Source: an uncultured Pelagibacteraceae bacterium
GTDB lineage: Bacteria; Pseudomonadota; Alphaproteobacteria; Pelagibacterales; Pelagibacteraceae
Length of the DNA: 64,000 nt
NCBI GenBank assembly: GCA_902567495.1
Contig: CACFMO010000005.1
Span: forward strand, 1,932-65,931
Reading direction: 5' to 3'
The notes under the pieces are model-generated. The model was not told the DNA's origin and ran no database searches. It worked only from the letters and a program-made list of their open reading frames with translations. Position 1 is the first letter of the stretch. The number at the start of each line of letters is the position of its first letter. This document shows positions 25,514 through 34,049 of the stretch, one piece after another. Position numbers and translations under genes: made by a program.

Positions 25514-26110
25514 TTATAACCAAGGTCTATTTTGAGACATTTTATTCTCAAAACTTTCAATATTTTTAGTTTTTTCTAGAGATAAAGCTATATCGTCCAA
25601 TCCTTCTAATAAACACTTCTTTTTGAATGAGTCTAATTCAAATTTAAAAGTTTTATTTCCATAAATAATTTCTTGTTCTTGAAGTTTAACTTCAATATTT
25701 TCTTTTCTCTCAGAATAGTCTTTAAGATCGTTTATAATTTCATCTTTTACAACAATTGGAAGTATTCCATTTTTAAAACAGTTGTTGTAAAAGATATCAG
25801 CAAAATTTTCGCTAACTATAACTCTAATTCCAAAATCCAATAAAGCCCACGGTGCATGTTCTCTTGATGAACCACAACCAAAATTCTTTCCTGTTATTAA
25901 GATTTTTGAACTATTAAAAGGTTCCTGGTCTAAAATGAAACCTTTTATTGGATTTCCTTTTTCATCAAACCTCATTTCATAAAATAAACTTTTACCTAAA
26001 CCTGATCTTTTTATTGTTTTTAAGAATTGTTTAGGAATAATTTTATCAGTATCTATATTCATTAAAGGAATATATGCGGGTACACTTTTTATTTTTGTAA
26101 ATTTTTCCAT
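25514..26110 (-). CDS. leuD: 3-isopropylmalate dehydratase small subunit
   Basis: NIDTDKIIPKQFLK and GKNFGCGSSREHAPWAL. Confidence 0.93.
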   Translation of the reverse strand: MEKFTKIKSVPAYIPLMNIDTDKIIPKQFLKTIKRSGLGKSLFYEMRFDEKGNPIKGFILDQEPFNSSKILITGKNFGCGSSREHAPWALLDFGIRVIVSENFADIFYNNCFKNGILPIVVKDEIINDLKDYSERKENIEVKLQEQEIIYGNKTFKFELDSFKKKCLLEGLDDIALSLEKTKNIESFENKMSQNRPWL

Positions 26111-26111
26111 T

Positions 26112-27515
26112 TTAATTATTAAATTTTCTTACATCTGATAAGTGACCTTCAATAGCTGCTACCGCTGCCATTGCTGGGCTTACTAAATGTGTTCTCCCCC
26201 CACGACCTTGCCTTCCCTCAAAGTTTCTATTTGATGTTGATGCACATCTTTCTCTTGGTTTTAATTGATCCTCATTCATACCAAGACACATTGAACAGCC
26301 TGGTTCTCTCCACTCAAAACCAGAGTCTTTAAATACTTTATCCAGACCCTCTTGCTCAGCCTGAATTTTTACAAGACCTGATCCAGGAACAACCATAGCG
26401 TTTACGTGTTCCGCTATTTTTTTATCCTTAAGAAGTTTGGCTGCTTCTCTTAAGTCCTGAATTCTTCCATTAGTACAACTTCCAATAAAGACTTTGTCTA
26501 TTTTAATATCTGTCATTTTAGTATTTGGTTTTAAACCCATATAATCTAATGATCTTTCCATAGCTTCACGTCTGTCATTATCTTTTTCTTTTTTTGGATC
26601 CGGAACTGATCCATTAACTGGAACAACATCTTGTGGGGATGTTCCCCAAGTAACTTGTGGAACGACATCTTCCCCATTTAAAACTATTTCTTTATCAAAT
26701 TTACAATCTTTGTCAGATTTTAAATTGCTCCAATAATCTAAAGCTTTTTTCCAATTATCTTTTTTCGGAGACAAAGGTCTGTTTTCCAAATATTTGAAAG
26801 TTTTCTCGTCAGGTTGTATTAATCCTGCTCTGGCTCCGCCTTCAATAGTCATATTACAAACAGTCATTCTCTCTTCCATACTAAAGTTTCTGATAACGTC
26901 TCCAGAATACTCAATTACAAATCCAGTTCCACCAGCTGTTCCTATAGTACCGATAATCTTTAAAATAACATCTTTAGCAGTTACCCCTAATGGAATTTTT
27001 CCATCTACTTTAAGTAAAAAGTTTTTAGATTTTTTTTGTAATAGAGTTTGAGTAGCTAAAACATGTTCTACCTCCGATGTTCCAATCCCGAAAGCTAGTG
27101 CACCAAAAGCCCCATGGGTAGCGGTGTGACTGTCTCCACAAACAATAATTGTTCCTGGTTGAGTAAAACCTTGTTCAGGTCCAATTATATGGACAATACC
27201 TTGTCTCTTATCATTCATGTCAAATAAAGGAACTCCAAATTCTTTACAATTTTTTCTAAGTGTATCAACTTGAATTTTTGACTGTTGATCGTGAATTCCT
27301 TTTGTTCTATCTGTTGTGGGCACGTTATGATCAGCTACTGCTAAAGTAAAATTAGGTTTTCTCACTTTTCTTTTATTTAACCTAAGACCTTCAAAGGCTT
27401 GTGGGCTAGTTACTTCATGTACTAAGTGTCTATCCACATATAATAGTGAGGTACCGTCATCTTGTTGAAAGACAAGATGGTCGTCCCAAATTTTATCGTA
27501 TAAAGTTTTTGGCAT
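26112..27515 (-). CDS. leuC: 3-isopropylmalate dehydratase large subunit
   Basis: Aconitase-family motifs [15 protein letters not shown] and CSMCLGMN (Fe-S cysteines). Confidence 0.96.
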   Translation of the reverse strand: MPKTLYDKIWDDHLVFQQDDGTSLLYVDRHLVHEVTSPQAFEGLRLNKRKVRKPNFTLAVADHNVPTTDRTKGIHDQQSKIQVDTLRKNCKEFGVPLFDMNDKRQGIVHIIGPEQGFTQPGTIIVCGDSHTATHGAFGALAFGIGTSEVEHVLATQTLLQKKSKNFLLKVDGKIPLGVTAKDVILKIIGTIGTAGGTGFVIEYSGDVIRNFSMEERMTVCNMTIEGGARAGLIQPDEKTFKYLENRPLSPKKDNWKKALDYWSNLKSDKDCKFDKEIVLNGEDVVPQVTWGTSPQDVVPVNGSVPDPKKEKDNDRREAMERSLDYMGLKPNTKMTDIKIDKVFIGSCTNGRIQDLREAAKLLKDKKIAEHVNAMVVPGSGLVKIQAEQEGLDKVFKDSGFEWREPGCSMCLGMNEDQLKPRERCASTSNRNFEGRQGRGGRTHLVSPAMAAVAAIEGHLSDVRKFNN

Positions 27516-27520
27516 TAGAG

Positions 27521-28054
27521 TTATTTTTTTAAATTTTCTGGTTTTTTATTTTCTTTTTTATCTGTCTCTTTTTTAGACTGGTTAGATATATCTTTTTTTG
27601 GGTCAGCTGTGCTTGTTTTTGAACTATCAGAAGATAGATTTTCATTAGTTTTTATTTCAACGTCACTTTTAACTTCGACTTCAATTCCAATATTTTTTTT
27701 CATTTTTTCTGCAATTCTTGCAGATTTACCTTTTCTATCTCTCAAATAATAAAGTTTTGCTCTTTTAACTTTCCCAGATCTGATAACTTTTATTGAGCTA
27801 ATTACAGGACTGTATAAAGCAAAAGTCCTTTCCACACCTTCACCAAAGGAAATCTTCCTAACTTTAAATGACGAGTTTATATCCCTATTTTTTTTTGCAA
27901 TACAAACACCTTCGAAATTTTGAACCCTTTCTCTTTTACCCTCTACAATTCTCACACCAACACGAATTGTATCTCCAGGAAAAAACTCAGGAATTTTTTT
28001 TCCAGCAATCAGTTTTTGTAAATTTGCTTTGTTTATATCTTCAATGTTTTTCAT
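27521..28054 (-). CDS. rplS: 50S ribosomal protein L19 with a C-terminal extension of about 60 aa
   Basis: The core [30 protein letters not shown]...[18 protein letters not shown] matches L19. Residues about 118-177 are a Ser/Lys/Glu-rich tail not found in the typical L19 of about 115 aa. Confidence 0.92.
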   Translation of the reverse strand: MKNIEDINKANLQKLIAGKKIPEFFPGDTIRVGVRIVEGKRERVQNFEGVCIAKKNRDINSSFKVRKISFGEGVERTFALYSPVISSIKVIRSGKVKRAKLYYLRDRKGKSARIAEKMKKNIGIEVEVKSDVEIKTNENLSSDSSKTSTADPKKDISNQSKKETDKKENKKPENLKK

Positions 28055-28745
28055 TTTTTTTGTTATTTAAATATTTTTCCCAAAGATCGGGTCTCTGGCG
28101 ACGTGTTATATCCTTAGATTGTGATAAACGCCAGTCCTTAATTTTTGCGTGATCTCCTGATAATAGTACTTCTGGAACGCTTTTTTTTTCCCAAATTTGG
28201 GGTTTTGTATATTGGGGATATTCAAGTAAACCGTTTTCAAAGCTTTCATCATCTTTAGATTTTTCATTACCTAGAACACCTGGAAGTAATCTTAAAACAG
28301 AGTCTAAAACAACAAATGATGCTGACTCACCTCCAGACAAAATATAATCGCCAATACTAATTTCCTCAATATTTCTTGTGCTTAAAATACGTGCATCAAT
28401 TCCTTCAAAATGACCACAAATCAAATTTATTGTTTTCTCTTTGGTTAGGTCTTTTGCAAATTTTTGATCAAACTTTTTACCTTTAGGGGAAAGATAAAAA
28501 ACTCTCTCATCCTTTTTTAACCTACTATCTAAAGATTTTCCTAAAACATTTGGTTTTAATAACATTCCGCTACCTCCTCCAAAAGGGGTGTCATCTACTG
28601 TCTTATGCTTGTCTTCAGCAGAGTCTCGAATATTTATAATTTCTAAATCCCAAATTTTTTTTTGTAGAGCTTTCCCGTAAAGACCTTTGCTTAATGGTCC
28701 GGGAAAAATTTCAGGATATAGGGTAAATACTCGAGCCTTCCACAT
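28041..28745 (-). CDS. trmD: tRNA (guanine37-N1)-methyltransferase
   Basis: [24 protein letters not shown], and [28 protein letters not shown]. Confidence 0.93.
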   Translation of the reverse strand: MWKARVFTLYPEIFPGPLSKGLYGKALQKKIWDLEIINIRDSAEDKHKTVDDTPFGGGSGMLLKPNVLGKSLDSRLKKDERVFYLSPKGKKFDQKFAKDLTKEKTINLICGHFEGIDARILSTRNIEEISIGDYILSGGESASFVVLDSVLRLLPGVLGNEKSKDDESFENGLLEYPQYTKPQIWEKKSVPEVLLSGDHAKIKDWRLSQSKDITRRQRPDLWEKYLNNKKNEKH

Positions 28746-28754
28746 TTTTTTATT

Positions 28755-29075
28755 TTATTTAGGTAACTTTGTTGCACCAGTTTCTTGGTGTACTATTTTT
28801 CCATCTTTAAATTTGTAATAAGACATTACTGCTTCTTTATTACCATCCGCAAAACTTGCTATAGCGTGCATGAATCCTACTTCGTTGTTTTCAAAAAGAA
28901 TTCTCTCTTTTTCAAGTTTTACATCTTTCATACCAACCCATTTAACTACATCATCTTTGGACAATGTTTTTCCAGATGCATGCATAAGAAATTTAAAATC
29001 ATCGTGCATAACTTCTTTTGCTCCATTTTCATCACCTGCATTTATTACTTTTACTAATTTCTCTATTATAGACAT
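28755..29075 (-). CDS. Small NTF2/SnoaL-like fold protein (hypothetical), occupying the rimM slot
   Basis: 106 aa. The pattern (helical N-terminus ..VINAGDENGAKEVMHDDFKF.., then beta-rich ..FMHAIASFADGNKEAVMSYYKFKDGKIVHQE) resembles SnoaL/NTF2-like proteins. It has no RimM or PRC-barrel motifs. Tightly packed between rpsP and trmD. Confidence 0.45.
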   Translation of the reverse strand: MSIIEKLVKVINAGDENGAKEVMHDDFKFLMHASGKTLSKDDVVKWVGMKDVKLEKERILFENNEVGFMHAIASFADGNKEAVMSYYKFKDGKIVHQETGATKLPK

Positions 29076-29545
29076 TATTTTTTCTCCTCTTTTTTTGGTT
29101 CTTCTTTCTTAGCTTCCTGTTTAGGAGCTTCTTTCTTTGGTTCTTCTTTCTTAGCTTCCTGTTTAGGAGCTTCTTTCTTTGGTTCTTCTTTCTTAGCTTC
29201 CTGTTTAGGAGCTTCTTTCTTTGATTCTTCTTTTCCGTCTTTTTTTCTATCTTTTTTAGGAATTGCTTTGTTAGGATTATTTCCTGGTTTAGGCATCGGC
29301 ATAATTTGAGCTTCACCAAGAATTCTAGATACTCTTAAAGTTGGTTTTGCACCTTTACTTATCCAATGTTTAACCCTCTCAGCCTCAATTGTAATTCTTT
29401 CCTTTTTTTCTTTAGGCAACAGTGGATTGAATAATCCAACCTTTTCAATAAATCTCCCGTCTCGTGGAAATCTACTGTCAGCGATTACAATTTTATAAAT
29501 TGGTCTTTTTTTTGCACCAATCATTGATAGTCTTATTTTTAACAT
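29075..29545 (-). CDS. rpsP: 30S ribosomal protein S16 with a long Lys/Glu/Pro-rich repeat tail
   Basis: The core MLKIRLSMIGAKKRPIYKIVIADSRFPRDGRFIEKVGLFNP matches S16. The C-terminal 74 aa or so are low-complexity and include 3 exact 14-aa repeats. Confidence 0.92.
   Translation of the reverse strand: MLKIRLSMIGAKKRPIYKIVIADSRFPRDGRFIEKVGLFNPLLPKEKKERITIEAERVKHWISKGAKPTLRVSRILGEAQIMPMPKPGNNPNKAIPKKDRKKDGKEESKKEAPKQEAKKEEPKKEAPKQEAKKEEPKKEAPKQEAKKEEPKKEEKK
29097..29222. repeat. Perfect 3 x 42-bp tandem repeat inside rpsP
   Basis: The unit ggttcttctttcttagcttcctgtttaggagcttctttcttt starts at 29097, 29139 and 29181 with no mismatches, and a degenerate partial copy follows. It encodes the (EAPKQEAKKEEPKK)x3 part of the S16 tail. 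Confidence 0.95.
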
Positions 29546-29557
29546 TCTTCCCTTTCT

Positions 29558-30907
29558 TTATTTCAGTTGATTAAAAAGTTCAGGTGGCATTCCATTTTGT
29601 GGTCCGCCTCCTTTTGACATCTTTTTCATCATTTTAGACATCATCTTAAACTGTTTAAGCAATCTATTTATCGTTTGCACATCAGTTCCGGATCCTAAAG
29701 AAATTCTCTTTCTTCTTGATCCACTTATAATATCAGGATTTGATCTTTCCTTTTTTGTCATTGATAAAATTATTGCCTCATTAGAAGATAATAATTTTTC
29801 ATCAATATTTGCATTTTGCATTTGCTCTTTTACTTTACCAACACCAGGTAAAAGAGAAAGCACACCTTCCATACCACCCATTTTTTTCATTTGCCTTAAT
29901 TGAAGTAGGTAGTCATCAAAGGTAAATTTTCCTTTTTTAATTTTTTCTTCAGTTAATTTTATTTTTTCTTCATCAAGGTCTTGAGAAGCTTTTTCTACAA
30001 GAGAAACGATATCTCCCATTCCAAGAATTCTGTTTGCCAACCTGTCAGGATGAAAAGACTCAAGATCAGCTATCTTTTCACCAACACCAAGAAATTTTAT
30101 GGGTTTTCCAGTAGTTTGCTTCATACTTAAAGCAGCACCACCACGACCATCTCCGTCGACTCTAGTTAAAATTATACTCGTTAAACTTACTGCTTTATCA
30201 AATTCTGAAGCAAGATTTACAGCGATTTGACCTGTTAAAGAGTCTGCTACAAGCATTGTTTCAACAGGTTTAACTGCGTCTTTGATATTTTTAATTTCTG
30301 ACATCATGCTTAAGTCTATTTGAGTACGACCTGCTGTATCAAAAATTATGACATCTGTTCCAGCAAGATTAGCTGCGTTTAAAGCTCTTTGGGCAATATC
30401 AAGTGGTACTTGATCTTTTATTATAGGAAGTACATTTAAACTATTTTTTTCACAAAGGACTTTTAATTGTTCTTGTGCAGCTGGCCTATAAATATCCAAG
30501 CTTACAAGTAGAATTTTTTTATTTAGACTTTTTTCAAGATTTTTTGCTAATTTAACTGCTGTCGTAGTTTTACCAGACCCTTGTAAGCCAACTAAAAGAA
30601 TAGAAGCTGGGGGTACAGCTTTTAAATTTATTTCTTCTGTTTTACCGCCTAATACCTCTACTAATTGATCATAAACTATCTTTACTAACATTTGGCCAGG
30701 TGATGTGGATCTAATAATTTCTTGGCCAATTGCTTTTGGTTTAATATCTTCAATAAATTTTTTAACTACAGGTAAAGCTACATCGGCAGCCAGTAAAGCC
30801 TGTCTAATTTCTTTAAGGCCAGTTTCAACCTGCGCCTCACTTAGTGAAGGAGCTTTCTTTAATTTTTTAAAGATCCCTTCTAATTTATTTGTTAAATTTT
30901 CAAACAT
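29558..30907 (-). CDS. ffh: Signal recognition particle protein Ffh
   Basis: GTPase motifs GLQGSGKTT, DTAGR and TRVDGD, plus a Met-rich M domain. I place the start at the ATG at 30907 (MFENLTNKLEG, the canonical Ffh N-terminus), not the GTG at 30925 given by the ORF track. Confidence 0.95.
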   Translation of the reverse strand: MFENLTNKLEGIFKKLKKAPSLSEAQVETGLKEIRQALLAADVALPVVKKFIEDIKPKAIGQEIIRSTSPGQMLVKIVYDQLVEVLGGKTEEINLKAVPPASILLVGLQGSGKTTTAVKLAKNLEKSLNKKILLVSLDIYRPAAQEQLKVLCEKNSLNVLPIIKDQVPLDIAQRALNAANLAGTDVIIFDTAGRTQIDLSMMSEIKNIKDAVKPVETMLVADSLTGQIAVNLASEFDKAVSLTSIILTRVDGDGRGGAALSMKQTTGKPIKFLGVGEKIADLESFHPDRLANRILGMGDIVSLVEKASQDLDEEKIKLTEEKIKKGKFTFDDYLLQLRQMKKMGGMEGVLSLLPGVGKVKEQMQNANIDEKLLSSNEAIILSMTKKERSNPDIISGSRRKRISLGSGTDVQTINRLLKQFKMMSKMMKKMSKGGGPQNGMPPELFNQLK

Positions 30908-30931
30908 TTTTCTTTTTTCCAACACCTATCG

Positions 30932-31007
30932 CACTAGTGGGCGAACCCTCGCTGACTAGTGTCGATCCCTTTATTTCTAAAGGCACCGCAAAATCTACCA
31001 TTTGCGG
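30932..31007. ncRNA. Candidate structured RNA / leader element (unclassified): three consecutive hairpins
   Basis: About 48% GC against a background of about 30%. H1 is CACTAGT(30932-38)/ACTAGTG(30955-61) with an inner GGG-CGAA-CCC. H2 is CCTTTA(30968-73)/TAAAGG(30978-83). H3 is CCGCAAA(30986-92)/TTTGCGG(31001-07). Read on the minus strand, the loops are UUCG and GAAA tetraloops. It lies in the divergent ffh/dapF spacer, where no terminator is needed. Confidence 0.3.
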
Positions 31008-31045
31008 AAGTGACGAGAAGCTACAATTAAGGGTTTTAAAAGTCA

Positions 31046-31882
31046 ATGAATAAAGATAATAATCAATTTATGGCACAAATTAACGCTTACAGAATGGATG
31101 GTCTCGGAAATAATTTTATAATTATTGATAGAAGATTGGATAATTTTGAATTAGATAAAAATAAAATCACTAATCTGTCAAATAAAAAGGCTATCCCGTT
31201 TGACCAATTAATTACTATTGAAAAAAATGATGGTAAAGAATACCCAATAAAAATTTTTAATTCTGATGGAATTGAAGTTTCTGCTTGCGGTAATGGAGTT
31301 AGATGTATTGCATATTTGATTTACCAAGAAAAAAAAGAAAAAAGTATTGCCATAAAAACTAATGAAAGAGTTTTGTTTGCTGAAATAGTGGGTGAAAAAA
31401 ATGTTAAAATTAACATGGGTAAACCTAAATTTAGTTGGAATGAAATTCCTTTAAGTCAAAAAATGAATACACAGGAAATTGTTATTGATTTTTTAGAAAA
31501 AGATTATGGGTTAGGTTTCTGTGTAAATGTGGGAAATCCACATATCATTTATTTTGTAAATGAATGTACAAGAATAGATATTAAAGAACTAGGTAGTAGA
31601 GTGGAAAATTATAAACTTTTTCCAGAAAGAATAAATGTAACTTTTGCACAGATTTTGGATAAAAAAAATATTAAAGTTAATGTTTGGGAAAGAGGAGCTG
31701 GACTTACAAAGGCATGTGGTACAGCCGCTTGTGCTACAGCAGTTGCGGCATCCAAAAAAGGGCTGGTTGGCGAAAATTCGATAATCCATTTTAAAGATGG
31801 TGATCTTCAAATTGACTATAAAGACGAAATATTTATGACGGGGCCAGTTTCTGATATTAAAAAAATTGATCTAAAAATTTAA
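31046..31882 (+). CDS. dapF: Diaminopimelate epimerase
   Basis: MDGLGNNFIIID, and the two catalytic Cys contexts SACGNGVRC and TKACGTAACA. The start could instead be the ATG at 31070. Confidence 0.92.
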   Translation: MNKDNNQFMAQINAYRMDGLGNNFIIIDRRLDNFELDKNKITNLSNKKAIPFDQLITIEKNDGKEYPIKIFNSDGIEVSACGNGVRCIAYLIYQEKKEKSIAIKTNERVLFAEIVGEKNVKINMGKPKFSWNEIPLSQKMNTQEIVIDFLEKDYGLGFCVNVGNPHIIYFVNECTRIDIKELGSRVENYKLFPERINVTFAQILDKKNIKVNVWERGAGLTKACGTAACATAVAASKKGLVGENSIIHFKDGDLQIDYKDEIFMTGPVSDIKKIDLKI

Positions 31883-32760
31883 TGAAATTTTTTGAAAATT
31901 TAAATTTTAGTAAATTATTCAGTGAAAAAAAGATTGATGATAACTTACTTGATAAATTTGAAGAACTATTAATTGAGTCAGATGTTGGAACAGAAATAGC
32001 TTCTGAGCTTAAGGAGAAATTCAAAAAAGAAAAAATTGGTAAAGAAATTAAAGATGAAAAAGAAATATTTGAATTTTTAGGAAATCAAATATCTAAAATA
32101 TTAGAACCACACGAAAGAAAATTTGATGATCTTAATAAGAATTCACCGACAATAATTGTTGTTGCTGGAGTAAATGGGGTTGGAAAGACTACTACGATTG
32201 GTAAATTAGGCAGACTATTTAAAAATAGTGGAAAAAAAATAGTTTTTGGTGCTGCAGATACTTTCAGGGCTGCAGCGATTGATCAACTAGAGCTTTGGTC
32301 AAAAAAAATTGGGGCAGAATTTATTAAATCTGATTTAGGGACAGATCCTGCATCTGTTGGGTATAAAACTGCAAAATTTGCAGAAGAAAATAAATTAGAT
32401 ATAGCATTTATTGATACGGCAGGAAGATTGCAAAATAAAAAAAATCTTATGGAAGAATATAAGAAAATATTTACAGTTTTAAAAAAAATAAATCCCGAAT
32501 ATCCACATGAAACTATTTTAGTTTTAGATGCAACAACAGGTCAAAATGCAATTAATCAGGTTGAGGAATTTAAAAAAATTTCTAACTTAACTGGTTTAAT
32601 TATTACCAAGATGGATACTTCTGCAAAGGGAGGAATTTTATTGGCGATAAGTAAAAAGTTTGGTCTACCAATTATTGCAATTGGAATGGGAGAAAAAGAC
32701 ACTGACCTTTATCCATTTAGTTCAAATAATTTTTCAAAAATATTAGTTAACAATAAATGA
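31882..32760 (+). CDS. ftsY: SRP receptor FtsY (NG domain only, no acidic A domain)
   Basis: GVNGVGKTTT, DTAGRL, TKMDTSAKGG. Confidence 0.93.
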   Translation: MKFFENLNFSKLFSEKKIDDNLLDKFEELLIESDVGTEIASELKEKFKKEKIGKEIKDEKEIFEFLGNQISKILEPHERKFDDLNKNSPTIIVVAGVNGVGKTTTIGKLGRLFKNSGKKIVFGAADTFRAAAIDQLELWSKKIGAEFIKSDLGTDPASVGYKTAKFAEENKLDIAFIDTAGRLQNKKNLMEEYKKIFTVLKKINPEYPHETILVLDATTGQNAINQVEEFKKISNLTGLIITKMDTSAKGGILLAISKKFGLPIIAIGMGEKDTDLYPFSSNNFSKILVNNK

Positions 32761-33236
32761 AAATAAAAAGTAATTTAGAACCTTTAATATCTGGAGTATC
32801 TGCAGCAATAGTTATAGGTATTCTCGCTTTTCTAACTTTAAGAACTTCAGCTGGAGTATGGTTAATGTTTTCATTTGGAGCAACTGTTTTTCTTGTTTTT
32901 GCTCTTTACAATTTAGAGACAGCTCAACCAAAGAATATTTTTTGGGGCCATTTAGTTTCAGTTTTAGTCGGAATTATTTTTAATGAGACTATAGGATTTT
33001 CATTTTATTCACTTGGTTTATCGGTTGGTGCTGCTGTAGCACTGATGGTCTACTTAAAAATTATGCATCCTCCAGCTGCGTCAAATCCAATAGTAGTTTT
33101 ATTTACTGACGTATCTTTCGAGTACATATTGTTTCCGGTTATATTTGGCACAATAGCCATAATTCTAATGTCGATTTTTATTAACAGAATAATTTTAAAA
33201 AGAAAATATCCAAAAAAGAGGGATTGGTTATATTGA
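32757..33236 (+). CDS. HPP-family integral membrane protein
   Basis: 159 aa with about 4 TM helices and the eponymous MHPPAASNP motif. ATGA overlap with ftsY. Confidence 0.75.
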   Translation: MKIKSNLEPLISGVSAAIVIGILAFLTLRTSAGVWLMFSFGATVFLVFALYNLETAQPKNIFWGHLVSVLVGIIFNETIGFSFYSLGLSVGAAVALMVYLKIMHPPAASNPIVVLFTDVSFEYILFPVIFGTIAIILMSIFINRIILKRKYPKKRDWLY

Positions 33237-34049
33237 TTTTAAGAATTTATTTAAAGCTTCTAATAAGTTTTCATTGTACTCCATCATATGATCATCTTCT
33301 TTAGGAAAATAAGAGTGTTTAGGCTCATTAGCTTCTAAAAAAACTTTTTTACCCATTTTAAATGGGACTATTTTATCTTTCTCTCCGTGCATAATTAAAA
33401 TTGGAACTTTAATATTTTTTAATTTTTTAATAGTTTCGTATCTATCTTTAAGTAAAAAAGAAACTGGTAAATAGAAATAATAATGTTTGCCTGCGTCAAC
33501 CATTGATGTGAAAGGAGACTCTAAAATGATTCCGGCAAAATTTTTATTTTGTGCTACTTCAGCAGAAACACCAGTACCAAGCGACTCTCCGTAAATAATA
33601 ATTTGTTTATCCTCGACGCCTTGTTTGTTTAACCATTTTAAAGCGTCTCTAGCATCTTGGTATAATCCTGCTTCTGTTGGATTACCCTCATTACCACTGA
33701 AGCCTCTGTATGCTAAGATTAAAAAATTTATATCAAAATTTTTAATTAAATTTAGTTTATATATTCTGTTATTCAAATTACCTGCATTTCCGTGAAAAAA
33801 TATCAGAGTTTTTTTTTGTTTAAGGTCCTTTTTGTGAAACCAGGCTTTTAATTTTTTACGTTCAGATGTTGGAATATAAATTTCTTCGTATGTAAAATCT
33901 ATTTCGTCTGATGTGTAATTATTTTCAGATGGATGATAAAGTAGATTTCTTTGGTAAAAAAATACGAAAATTACTATCAGTAAATAACATAAAATAATTA
34001 TAGTTGCTGTGGTAAGCATATATTTAAGTTTTTTTTGCAAAATACACAC
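33228..34049 (-). CDS. Membrane-anchored alpha/beta-fold hydrolase (serine hydrolase)
   Basis: N-terminal TM helix, nucleophile elbow GESLGTG, oxyanion-type FFHGNAGN, and HGEKDKIVP plus EDDHMM (Asp/His candidates). The real start may be the ATG at 34019 (MLTTATII...). Confidence 0.8.
   Translation of the reverse strand: MCILQKKLKYMLTTATIIILCYLLIVIFVFFYQRNLLYHPSENNYTSDEIDFTYEEIYIPTSERKKLKAWFHKKDLKQKKTLIFFHGNAGNLNNRIYKLNLIKNFDINFLILAYRGFSGNEGNPTEAGLYQDARDALKWLNKQGVEDKQIIIYGESLGTGVSAEVAQNKNFAGIILESPFTSMVDAGKHYYFYLPVSFLLKDRYETIKKLKNIKVPILIMHGEKDKIVPFKMGKKVFLEANEPKHSYFPKEDDHMMEYNENLLEALNKFLKSI

Noticed and set aside
29097-29222. Tandem repeats as a possible CRISPR array or mobile-element end.
   Set aside because: The units are directly abutting with no spacers, are in frame inside rpsP, and are not palindromic. 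There are no cas genes anywhere in the window.
29032-29319. 95-aa ORF (..KKNQRKKLLNRKLRKKNQRKKLLNRKLR..) on the minus strand.
   Set aside because: It is an alternative reading frame of the rpsP tandem repeat. Its periodic sequence simply mirrors the 42-bp DNA repeat, and it overlaps the well-supported S16 frame and the start of the next gene.
30908-30925. GTG start at 30925 for ffh, as in the ORF track.
   Set aside because: The ATG at 30907 gives MFENLTNKLEG, the canonical Ffh N-terminus. The 6 extra codons (VLEKRK) are probably untranslated leader.
30900-31001. 33-codon upstream ORF (MVDFAVPLEIKGSTLVSEGSPTSAIGVGKKKNV) whose TGA overlaps the ffh ATG.
   Set aside because: Its Ala/Gly/Ser/Pro/Val-rich, GC-rich codon usage is unlike any real protein in this window and is better explained by the hairpin-forming RNA structure it overlaps. 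It is kept only as a remote possibility (a regulatory uORF).
30932-31007. Possibility that the GC-rich element next to ffh is the SRP (4.5S) RNA or a tRNA.
   Set aside because: I find no domain-IV signature (a GGAA tetraloop flanked by AGCA / the AGGUCAGG-type loops) on either strand. There is also no cloverleaf with a GTTCRANYC T-loop, a 7-bp acceptor stem or a CCA end.
33228-34049. The 10 N-terminal codons (MCILQKKLKY) of the alpha/beta hydrolase ORF, overlapping the EamA 3' end by 26 nt.
   Set aside because: The ATG at 34019 (MLTTATII.., the start of the TM anchor) gives a more typical 4-bp spacing after the EamA stop. I kept the longer coordinates in the feature table but regard the extension as doubtful.
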